This document shows, piece after piece, positions 56,203 to 64,000 of a DNA stretch of 64,000 bases (the stretch's first letter is position 1; each line of letters opens with the position of its first letter). The notes beneath the pieces were generated by a model. That model made no database searches. It saw only the letters and a program-made list of their open reading frames with translations, and had not been told where the DNA came from. Made by a program: the position numbers and the translations under genes. The stretch covers positions 256,001-320,000 of the forward strand of contig WJMO01000005.1 of the NCBI GenBank assembly GCA_014727915.1. Reading direction: 5' to 3'. The DNA is from Candidatus Altiarchaeales archaeon (lineage in GTDB: Archaea > Altiarchaeota > Altiarchaeia > IMC4 > SCGC-AAA252-I15).

Positions 56203-58017
56203 ATGGGCCGTAATCGCAAGAAGGGGAGGCAGCAGAGGCGGCGCAGAGAAGATCGGCAACGTGACGATGCCGACATAACCTCTGACACTCCCCGTCCCAG
56301 CTTGCCGGGCGATGATGCATTCGGCCTGCTGGGGCCTGCTAGAGAACAACCTTCCTGGGTTGCTGACATTATAAAAAAGAAGGGTGCTGGCCCTACTGAA
56401 CAGGAGAATACACATCTTAAGGACGTTCAGCCCCTTGGCGGCTTGGGCGTATGCGATTGCACGGAGCCCGCGCCTGAAGTTCCACTCCGATTGTCTGGCA
56501 GGGCTTTTGACCATATCGGCCGTTTCATGTCCGGCCTCTCCTACCGGCAGAATTTCCTGGGTTTTCTTATGAGTGACGGGGGAGTCCTTGACCTTTCTTC
56601 CATACACGGTAACCGTGAGGGCGATGATGAATCTGTAGCTGGCATAGTGGAAGAAGACACGAGGTTGCGCCGGGGAGGCTATGATGCAGTGTACCTTGCC
56701 TTGTTCGGCTCCATAAACCTGAGGAATCTGACCAACTTCCTGGAAACATACGAGTCCTGCGCCAGCCGCGGCATGCAGGCGTACATGATCACATTCAACC
56801 CTCCGCTGGAGGAGGGTGAGACGAGGGTCAGGGGCGAGGTCTGCCGCCTGAACCCTAACATACCCGGAGGCCCGGTGGAGGGGATGAAGAAAATGCTCTC
56901 GGCCGCGGGTGGCATAGCAAACGAGCTCATGGCCTGTCAGCAGAGTCTTACAAAGGACTATCAGAGCATGCCTCCCATGGGAAGCGGCTTCCGGGAGATA
57001 CTGGGAAGGATACTCCAAGGCCATTCCGACCTTGTGGTCGAATATGTGCAGCGGAAGATCGGGGATCCCGCCATGTCCAAGGCTGTTAGGGAAGCTGTCG
57101 ACTACAAGACGGGGGAAGTGATGAAATCGCTTAATAACGATGTGAAGGCTCAAAAAGCGTTTGGCGATGTGCAGAGGGAGTTCATCACGGGCGTGCACAC
57201 AGGCACGATGTTCTTCATATTGGGTCAAATGTTCTCTGGGACCAACTACCTCGAGCATGTCAACCCTGTCACAGGCCAGGGCAACCAGGATTTCATCTAT
57301 CTCGAGCATGAGAGGGGCCAGGCCGAGCGTCGGACGCTGTCCGAAAGCGTGGACATGGGAGATCCAGCAGCGTCCGAGGTTGTCGGCAGGATATCATCTG
57401 CCGCCCATGGGATGCAGTCCGACGCTTCCCTCCTCAGGCCTCTCGTCAACGCGTGTGTCAGCGCAGGCGGCGTTAGCCAGGGCACATTGGACTCCATCGA
57501 GGGCAACCTTCCGGGGCTCTTGAGATGCGCCCAACACGAGGGTGGAGCCGACATGCCAGAGCTATCGTCTTTTGCAGTTTCACGTGGGAGGGAGCGTGAA
57601 CTCATGTTCACACAGGCCAGCGACATATTCTACGGACAGGACCTGGCCAAGCCCCCCGCATCTTCTGGCATATTGGGCCTCCTGGCCGAGGAAAGGTTCG
57701 CAGGCATAAGGGATGACATGGACCGTGTGATCTCTAACGCATCCGGTAGGTCGCGGCAGGAGCTTTCCGAACCCCGGCTTATGTGGGTTCACACGATGCC
57801 TTTGGTTGAGGCGTTGAGGGGCAGGTGCACGGCCCGCCATATTGACTTGATGGAACGTTCTCGCATGGAGGGTGTTCAACCTGCTGATAAGACCAAGGCT
57901 GCGATGGAGGCTTCAGTCTACTATGGATTCAAGAGTTCAGTCGACCAGTTGGGATTGGCTGGTGAAGGTTTCTTGAACATGCCGACCAAGGAGTTTCTTG
58001 CCGAGCTGCTCACCTAG
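56203..58017 (+). CDS. Orphan protein (604 aa) with an Arg-rich leader and a possible degenerate MPN/JAB domain
   Basis: Long ORF; LRLSGRAFDHI...FLGFLM...AYMITFNP...VRGEVCRL pattern. Confidence 0.7.
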   Translation: MGRNRKKGRQQRRRREDRQRDDADITSDTPRPSLPGDDAFGLLGPAREQPSWVADIIKKKGAGPTEQENTHLKDVQPLGGLGVCDCTEPAPEVPLRLSGRAFDHIGRFMSGLSYRQNFLGFLMSDGGVLDLSSIHGNREGDDESVAGIVEEDTRLRRGGYDAVYLALFGSINLRNLTNFLETYESCASRGMQAYMITFNPPLEEGETRVRGEVCRLNPNIPGGPVEGMKKMLSAAGGIANELMACQQSLTKDYQSMPPMGSGFREILGRILQGHSDLVVEYVQRKIGDPAMSKAVREAVDYKTGEVMKSLNNDVKAQKAFGDVQREFITGVHTGTMFFILGQMFSGTNYLEHVNPVTGQGNQDFIYLEHERGQAERRTLSESVDMGDPAASEVVGRISSAAHGMQSDASLLRPLVNACVSAGGVSQGTLDSIEGNLPGLLRCAQHEGGADMPELSSFAVSRGRERELMFTQASDIFYGQDLAKPPASSGILGLLAEERFAGIRDDMDRVISNASGRSRQELSEPRLMWVHTMPLVEALRGRCTARHIDLMERSRMEGVQPADKTKAAMEASVYYGFKSSVDQLGLAGEGFLNMPTKEFLAELLT

Positions 58018-58239
58018 TCACACCTGGCACTCGCATATCTCGTTGAGCACCTTCAGCGTTTCTTCAGCGTCTTTCTTCTCCAGCTTCTGTATCGCCAGGT
58101 CGCCGTGGGCTAGTATGTAATCCCCTTTCTCCACGCTGGAGAGCATGCTTATGTTCACCTTCCTCCGCTCTCCCTGGGAATCTACCATGGCCTCGCGGCC
58201 GTCGACACCCAATACCCTCACGGGGAACGCCAGGCACAT
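58018..58239 (-). CDS. hypC: Hydrogenase maturation chaperone HypC/HupF
   Basis: MCLAFP N-terminus, GDYILAHG.AI and AEETL motifs. Confidence 0.93.
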   Translation of the reverse strand: MCLAFPVRVLGVDGREAMVDSQGERRKVNISMLSSVEKGDYILAHGDLAIQKLEKKDAEETLKVLNEICECQV

Positions 58240-58271
58240 ATTATAACAGATAATGCACTATATAATTAAGA

Positions 58272-58604
58272 ATGGCTGTTGAGACCTACTATAACCCCCC
58301 TCCCAGGCGGGGCCGTGAGGAGCCGGACGAGGCATTCCTAGGCCGCGTCGTCGACTGGATACAAAACACCGAAGTTCACGGTAGCCGGGAGGAAAAGTCC
58401 CTGCCACGGGTGACCCGGCAGGATGTGCCGAGGATACTAGCCAAGACCAAAGAGCTTGGTTTGTCCGTCGATGACGCTGACGAGGCCATACGCTGCTGTG
58501 ACGGCGTCCAATCCAAGGTTGAATACGAACTCAGGACCATGAAAGCCCAGAGGGATATGGCTGAGCGAGCCCGGAAGGCACGCGACCTCCCCCGCCTAAG
58601 GTAG
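58272..58604 (+). CDS. Small hypothetical protein with a possible UBA-like three-helix bundle
   Basis: 110-aa ORF; LGLSVDDADEAIRCCDG pattern. Confidence 0.6.
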   Translation: MAVETYYNPPPRRGREEPDEAFLGRVVDWIQNTEVHGSREEKSLPRVTRQDVPRILAKTKELGLSVDDADEAIRCCDGVQSKVEYELRTMKAQRDMAERARKARDLPRLR

Positions 58605-58676
58605 TTTTTTAAATATTCAGGCTTTTTCCGTGGCTGTTCTGGTTTTATTTTAAACTGTTGAAACCATATATCTCTT

Positions 58677-59165
58677 GTGGATTTCAGGCTGGCTTCTCGG
58701 AGCGTGGTAGTATCCGGGCTTCTGACGGCGATCCTCTCAGTGGTTCCTCCGATATCCTACTATAACATGTTCTGCGGGGCGTGGGTGGTGCTCGGGGGCG
58801 TGCTCTCAGTGTTCCTCTACGAGAGGTCCGTCGACGAGAGGCTCTCATATGTCGACGGAGGATTGCTTGGTCTCCTGACCGGCCTGTTGGCAGGTTTGCT
58901 CTCCGCTGTCGTGGCAATGACAGGGTTCACAGTCTTCTCCGCAGTGCCCCTATGGAACAACCTTGTGGTGGCTGCCGGCATGGCGGTATTCGTCGTTATA
59001 ATAATCGCGGTCTTGTTCTCTCTGTTCGGTGCTGTTGGCGGATTATTGGGCATGGTCATATTCGGCGGTGAGGACCTTAAGAGGGAATACAACTACGACA
59101 CCGATTACGTTACCAAGCTAAAGAAGGAGATGGAAGATAGGAAGACAGGTGAAGAGATAAAATGA
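58677..59165 (+). CDS. Gly-rich four-TM membrane protein (DUF5518-like)
   Basis: GGVLSVFL, DGGLLGLLTG and FGAVGGLLG motifs. Confidence 0.75.
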   Translation: MDFRLASRSVVVSGLLTAILSVVPPISYYNMFCGAWVVLGGVLSVFLYERSVDERLSYVDGGLLGLLTGLLAGLLSAVVAMTGFTVFSAVPLWNNLVVAAGMAVFVVIIIAVLFSLFGAVGGLLGMVIFGGEDLKREYNYDTDYVTKLKKEMEDRKTGEEIK

Positions 59166-59485
59166 TGTACGTGAACACAGAGGAGATAACAGGGTATGAG
59201 ATATCGGAGATGTTGGGTGTCGTGCGGGGCAGCAGCGTCCGGGCGAAGTGGCTTGGGGCGGATTTCGTCGCTGCCATAAGGAACGTGTTCGGCGGTGAGA
59301 TAACCGAGTACAGCAAGCTATTGGCCGAAGCACGGGAGCAGGCCATCGACCGTATGATGGAGGACGCGAAGGAACTCGGCGCGGACGCGATAGTGAACGT
59401 CCGTTTCATGACCTCCCAGGTCGGCCAGCAGGCGGCGGAGATACTCGTCTACGGCACTGCGGTGAAAACAAACAAGAAGGCATAG
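59162..59485 (+). CDS. YbjQ/UPF0145 family protein
   Basis: GVVRG, GGEITEY, AREQAIDRM, GADAIVNVRF and YGTAV motifs. Confidence 0.95.
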   Translation: MMYVNTEEITGYEISEMLGVVRGSSVRAKWLGADFVAAIRNVFGGEITEYSKLLAEAREQAIDRMMEDAKELGADAIVNVRFMTSQVGQQAAEILVYGTAVKTNKKA

Positions 59486-59487
59486 GC

Positions 59488-60318
59488 TCAGATTTCGTCG
59501 GGTCTTTTCCCGGTCGTCTGCCAGTATAGGAGGCTTACCTCTCCGTTGGTGCATTCGCCTTTCCCGAGCCCTAGTGGTTCGTGGTTGACGCCTATGAATG
59601 TGCAGATGGACTTGTAGCATCCTACTGCGCCTCGGTCGTGGTGTTCGTAGAGTAGGTTGTAGCGGTGGCCTCTGCTGGTCATCCACCTGTCTATCGAGTT
59701 GGCTGGACTGGCGGAGGAGGTTGGCATTCCGTTCTTGTATCTCCTTAGTATCCCTATGTTCTCGGCGAGGTTCTCCGCGGAGTAGAATCCATAGTCTCCC
59801 TTCATGTCCTTCACGCAGGTTCCCTCTGGTGTCACGTGGTCGAAGTACCCCTTCTCGAACATGTCCTTGGACCTGCTAACAGCCAGGTAATATGCTCTCT
59901 CATCCCATTTGATCGATGTCCTACTGTAGCCTTTCCTGATGCTGTTGAGGTATTCGAAGGCGTTCTTGCATTCCCCGACCCAGTCGCGCTCACCTTGGAA
60001 GCTGCAGACCTCCTCGTCCAACATGTTAGCCAGTGTCAAGTTCAAATGGGGGTGTTCGTCAGTCCTAGGCTGTGATGAGGTGTCGTATGCGATTATCATG
60101 TTCTCCCGTGTTCCCATTCCAATCCATGGCATCACCCCTGCTATGGCGTGGCCTCCGGGGATGGAATCCTGTGAGATCCCCACCAGGTTGAGCAGGGACA
60201 GTAGAAGGGAGAACGTCATGACCATGGTGAAGGGGTTTACTACTCCGCCTCTCTTCCTCAGGCTCTTTCCGGGGGCGGGCGTGAGGGTCACCTCTAATAT
60301 GAATTTCGTCTTCTTCAC
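59488..60318 (-). CDS. CAP/SCP-domain protein, membrane-anchored
   Basis: LNSIR, RSKDM...YFDH..P.G, AENI and WMTSRGHRYNLL motifs. Confidence 0.9.
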   Translation of the reverse strand: MKKTKFILEVTLTPAPGKSLRKRGGVVNPFTMVMTFSLLLSLLNLVGISQDSIPGGHAIAGVMPWIGMGTRENMIIAYDTSSQPRTDEHPHLNLTLANMLDEEVCSFQGERDWVGECKNAFEYLNSIRKGYSRTSIKWDERAYYLAVSRSKDMFEKGYFDHVTPEGTCVKDMKGDYGFYSAENLAENIGILRRYKNGMPTSSASPANSIDRWMTSRGHRYNLLYEHHDRGAVGCYKSICTFIGVNHEPLGLGKGECTNGEVSLLYWQTTGKRPDEI

Positions 60319-60469
60319 TTTGTAGCTCCTACGTCCGCCTAGGATAACTCAACCACACCCACTCAAAAATCAGCCAATCACAACCACAGCCAACATGTTG
60401 TGTAATCTACATTGAACGGTGAGATATAAGAAATAAAAAAAATCATTTACATTGTTCAATGTTGTCTTT

Positions 60470-61720
60470 TTAGTGTACGCTGCAGGTTATGCACGGGTCG
60501 TATGCGCGTATCAGCATCTCCAGAAGGTGCTCCCTGTGCTTCCGGCTCTTGCCATCTGTCATGTGCAGCACCTCCTCGGCGTCCGATTCTATGTTGGTGA
60601 GGTTCTGGACCGTGGGCGTGATTATATTGCATTCTCTCAGCTTGCCCTTGCTGTCCAGGCCGTAGGTGTAGTATAGTGTCCCCCTTGGGGCTTCCACCGC
60701 CCCGTGTCCGACGCCGCTGGCCACGTCATAGTCCGGCGTGTAATCGTTCAGGCCGTCTGATAGTGTGTCCTCGATCCTCTCTATCGCTTCCTCGATGAAG
60801 TGAAGCGTCTCGACTGCCTGGGCGAAATTGTTGTGGAAGCTGTTGTAGCTTGGGAACCTTATCCTGCTCTTCTTAAGTTCTTTGGCTGCCATGGGCATCA
60901 GGTAGCTGCTGTGCAGGTTCATTCTGGCCAGCGCGCCCACCATTATGCCATGCCCGTCCCTCTCACCCCGTTTGGCGGTCGAATAGGGTTTGACGGTCTC
61001 TTCTATGTTGGTCTTGTACTCGTCTATTTCAAAAACATCTCCCGAGGTCGAGTTTATGAGCCCCCCGTAGAACCCGTATTTGTTGTCCGCCATTATGCTG
61101 AGGTACTCTGAAGCCCTCTCCATCTCCGGGTATTCCAGGGATGCGAACAGCTGGACTGCCTCCACCCCGTCCTTCAATGTGAGTTCCAACTCCCTCCCAA
61201 GCCTTTCCAGCTCCTCTTCAGACGGTACCTGGCTGAACCCCCCTACCGTCGGTGTTATGGGGTGGACCGGCCTTCCTCCTACGACCTCGACTATCTTGTC
61301 CCCGATCTTCTTGAGGTTCAACGCCATCTGGAACTTGTCCGGCGCCGCGTCCACGAGATCCAATGCGCTGTCCGCGTTTATGTAGTCTGGGAGAACGAGG
61401 AAGAACAGGTGGAGGGCGTGGCTCTGTATCATCTGCCCGCAGAGCATCAGCTTCCTGAGATTCCTAGTCGTCTCCGAAACCTCCACATCCATCGCGTACT
61501 CGAGTGCTTTTATGGATGCCATGCAGTGTGCGGTGGGGCAGACCCCGCATATCCTCTGGGTTATGAACGTGGCGTCCAGGTAGTCCCTCCCCAACATCAT
61601 GGGCTCGAACAATCGTTCGCCCTCGTGTATGCCCAGTTCCGCGATGTCCGATGTGAAGTCTATCCTCAGGCTACCATGGCCTTCAATCTTGGCTATGTAG
61701 TGTGGGACAACATCCTTCAT
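60470..61720 (-). CDS. hydA: Group 3b (sulfhydrogenase-type) NiFe hydrogenase large/alpha subunit
   Basis: KIEGHG, L1 RICGVCPTAH, EAPRG, and L2 RAYDPCITCSVH followed by the stop codon. Confidence 0.93.
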   Translation of the reverse strand: MKDVVPHYIAKIEGHGSLRIDFTSDIAELGIHEGERLFEPMMLGRDYLDATFITQRICGVCPTAHCMASIKALEYAMDVEVSETTRNLRKLMLCGQMIQSHALHLFFLVLPDYINADSALDLVDAAPDKFQMALNLKKIGDKIVEVVGGRPVHPITPTVGGFSQVPSEEELERLGRELELTLKDGVEAVQLFASLEYPEMERASEYLSIMADNKYGFYGGLINSTSGDVFEIDEYKTNIEETVKPYSTAKRGERDGHGIMVGALARMNLHSSYLMPMAAKELKKSRIRFPSYNSFHNNFAQAVETLHFIEEAIERIEDTLSDGLNDYTPDYDVASGVGHGAVEAPRGTLYYTYGLDSKGKLRECNIITPTVQNLTNIESDAEEVLHMTDGKSRKHREHLLEMLIRAYDPCITCSVH

Positions 61721-62484
61721 CTTCTACCATACCTCCTCTTGTATTCTTCGCTCTCGCTCATGAACATGCCCAGCATCCTCTCCGCATCTCCTCTGCCCGC
61801 GATCTCCTCCAGGGCCGTTACCATACGGTCGAAGTTGGCGTCCTTCACGAGGCCGTAGCAGCCGTAGCAGTGCTTCCCGTGGGTGATGCAGAACGCCCGG
61901 CACCCGCCCATGGTTATGGGGCCCAGGCAGGGTTCTCCGTTCACGAGCCGGCACCGGTTGTCGTTTATCTTGCACTCCATGCAGACGGGATAGTCGCGTT
62001 CCTCGGGCGCGCATCCCCTCAGCAGGCTTGACAGCGTCCGGGCGATCTCCCGCTTGTCCACGGGGCACCCGTTTATCATGTAGTCCACTTCGACGTAGGC
62101 GCTCAACGGCTTGGCCTCGGTGCCCCGGGGCTTGTACTCTGGCGGGTAGGCGCTCTTGTAGAAGCTCAGACGGTCCCGCTCATCGTCTATTATCGCGGGT
62201 ATCCCCCCAGTGCATGCGCAGGCGCCCAACGCGACTATTATCCTAGTCTTCTCCCGTATCTCCCTCAGCAAATCCTGTTCATGGGGTGTAACGGGGGTTC
62301 CCTCTATTATCGCCACGTCGAAGGGCCCGGGTTTGTTACCCTCCTTTGCGAGCCTCCAGTTGACTATCTCCACACCCTCCAAAAGGTCCACCAGCTGGTC
62401 TTTCAGGTTTATAAGTTCCACCTCGCAGCCTTCACAGTCTGTGAAGTCGAATATCCCCATCTTCGGCTTTCCTATCGGTTTCAT
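61717..62484 (-). CDS. hydD: Group 3b hydrogenase small/delta subunit
   Basis: DCEGC, GACACTGG, GCP, VCMEC, CLGP...GC...C and CYGC motifs. Confidence 0.92.
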   Translation of the reverse strand: MKPIGKPKMGIFDFTDCEGCEVELINLKDQLVDLLEGVEIVNWRLAKEGNKPGPFDVAIIEGTPVTPHEQDLLREIREKTRIIVALGACACTGGIPAIIDDERDRLSFYKSAYPPEYKPRGTEAKPLSAYVEVDYMINGCPVDKREIARTLSSLLRGCAPEERDYPVCMECKINDNRCRLVNGEPCLGPITMGGCRAFCITHGKHCYGCYGLVKDANFDRMVTALEEIAGRGDAERMLGMFMSESEEYKRRYGRR

Positions 62485-63311
62485 AGTCCCCCGTACTCCT
62501 CCAGCAATTCCTTGTATGTGAATATTGGCCCGTCAAGGCAGACGTACCTGCTTCCACGGGTGCAATGCTGGCATTTCCCCACCCCGCATTTCATCCTACG
62601 CTCCATCGACACCAGGATCCGATCCTCCGCCAACCCCATCTCCAGGAGCTTCTTCACCACGAACTTGTACATTATCGGAGGGCCGCACATGCAGGCTACA
62701 GTGTTCTTCCCCACTTTGACCTTGTCCAATAGGTTCGTTACGACGCCGACTCCGCATTGGAGTGATAGGCTGTCGTCGGGCGCGTCCTCGCTGTCCACAG
62801 TAAGCAATACATTGGCCTTCTTCGCCCATTCCGCGTATTCCTTCCGGAACAGGAGGTCCTGCTGTGTCCTGGACCCATAGAGAAGTGTGACTCCTTTGAA
62901 CTTTCGCTTGTTCTCTATCGCATGCAAGAGTAGAGACCTCATCGGCGGTATACCGCATCCGCCGGTTATTATCAGCAGGTCCTTGCCCTTTATCCTCTTC
63001 TCCTCGAATCCGTTGCCGAAGGGGCCGCGCACTCCCACTTCGTCTCCTGGTTCGAGCCGGTGCACGGCTCCGGTGACGTTCCCGACCTTCCTCACGGAGC
63101 ATTGTATGTGCTTCCTGTCGCTTGGGCCGGAGGCTATGCCAACGGGTATCTCCCCGTATCCCGCCAGCGAGAGCTGGATGAACTGCCCAGGTATGAACTT
63201 GAAGTTCCTGGCTGCTTCCGCGTCCTTGAGCTTCAACGTGAGCAGCACGCTGTCCGGGCTCAGCGACTTAATGTCCGCGACCACCGCATCATATGGCTTG
63301 TAAGTGTTCAT
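62481..63311 (-). CDS. hydG: Group 3b hydrogenase FAD/NAD(P)-binding gamma subunit
   Basis: PGQF, RGPFGNGF, GGCGIPP, CGPPIM and ERRMKCGVGKCQHC...VCLDGP motifs; ATGA overlap. Confidence 0.92.
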   Translation of the reverse strand: MNTYKPYDAVVADIKSLSPDSVLLTLKLKDAEAARNFKFIPGQFIQLSLAGYGEIPVGIASGPSDRKHIQCSVRKVGNVTGAVHRLEPGDEVGVRGPFGNGFEEKRIKGKDLLIITGGCGIPPMRSLLLHAIENKRKFKGVTLLYGSRTQQDLLFRKEYAEWAKKANVLLTVDSEDAPDDSLSLQCGVGVVTNLLDKVKVGKNTVACMCGPPIMYKFVVKKLLEMGLAEDRILVSMERRMKCGVGKCQHCTRGSRYVCLDGPIFTYKELLEEYGGL

Positions 63312-64000
63312 CCCTTCTCCTCGCACCTTCTTATGATGTCATGTATCTTGATCTTTGCGGGGCAGTATGTTATGCACCTCCCGCATCCCACGCAGTCCGG
63401 CATGCCCCGCTCCTTCACAGCCCTGCTGAACTTGTGGTGGTACCAGTTGTGTATCCTCATGTGTCTCTTGTCCCTGAAGTTGACGCCTCCAGCCACCAGC
63501 GCGAAGTCCGCGAGCATGCACGAGTCCCAGCACCTCACCCGCTCACCCTCTTCCCCGCTCAAACCAACCCTGTCCTCTACGTCGAAGCAGTGGCATACGG
63601 GGCAGACGTAGCTGCATATGCCGCAGGCGAAGCACTCCTTCGCAAGGTTCTCCCACAGCTCGTCATCAGGCCCCCCGTCCAGGAAGGCTGAAGTCCTCTT
63701 GACGTTTAGCTTCTTCTTACCCGACTTGGGGATCTTCGGCTTTCTCACGTGGCCGCTCCTGCTCCTGACGTTCCCGTTCTTCACCAGCTTATGCCCCCTC
63801 TTGGTCTTCACGTCCAACAGGTAGTGGTCGCCCTCGTCCAAGAGGATTATGTCATATCCTGACTCGAAGTCCAGGTCCAGTTCGCTGTAGAATGCGTTGG
63901 GTATCTCCCCGTGTTCGACCGCCACTATGAACGACCCCCTCCTCCTTCTCGAATAGTATGAGTCTTTCACAGGCTTTCCGAAGGCGTGGTCGAGTATCTT
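63308..64000 (-). CDS. hydB: Group 3b hydrogenase 4Fe-4S beta subunit (5'-truncated at the window edge)
   Basis: CFACGICSYVCPVCHCF, WDSC, HKF and CVGCGRCITYCP motifs; frame open to the window end. Confidence 0.92.
   Translation of the reverse strand, partial: KILDHAFGKPVKDSYYSRRRRGSFIVAVEHGEIPNAFYSELDLDFESGYDIILLDEGDHYLLDVKTKRGHKLVKNGNVRSRSGHVRKPKIPKSGKKKLNVKRTSAFLDGGPDDELWENLAKECFACGICSYVCPVCHCFDVEDRVGLSGEEGERVRCWDSCMLADFALVAGGVNFRDKRHMRIHNWYHHKFSRAVKERGMPDCVGCGRCITYCPAKIKIHDIIRRCEEKG

Noticed and set aside
60470-63311. Selenocysteine (NiFeSe) recoding in the hydrogenase
   Set aside because: All ligand positions are Cys codons and the large subunit ends in TAA.

Overview
Chromosomal window from an archaeon (tRNA-Cys, aIF2-beta, rpl34e, GGGP synthase, egsA, a histone-fold gene and a class III pilin). 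The gene content and the abundance of orphan proteins suggest a DPANN-related lineage such as Altiarchaeota, but that is inference only. Housekeeping genes: aconitase plus an isocitrate-type dehydrogenase, proC/proA, purE, dapB, hisH, ether-lipid genes, adk-DUF106-rpl34e-cmk, msrAB, a full glycine-cleavage/lipoate cluster and a group 3b NiFe hydrogenase operon with hypC. Interspersed among them are about ten large orphan proteins with disordered N-terminal leaders. The standout is a two-gene locus inserted in the lipoate/gcv cluster: a 1175-aa HPr-GAF-Enzyme I fusion with most catalytic residues intact, and a partner with an insertion-split HPr-like domain. No sugar permease is present in the window, so this is a candidate non-transport (signalling or effector) PTS phosphorelay in an archaeon. 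Also notable: a 12.6-kb operon encoding a ~2070-aa orphan with a glycine-zipper hydrophobic hairpin plus two giant TPR-module proteins; a coiled-coil histone with an acidic tail; an Oxa1-family (DUF106) insertase carrying a circularly permuted DUF11-like domain; a degenerate MPN/JAB protein; and a hydrogenase large subunit that ends at the L2 His. All domain calls come from motif recognition by eye; no searches were run. No CRISPR array, rRNA or intact transposase was seen.
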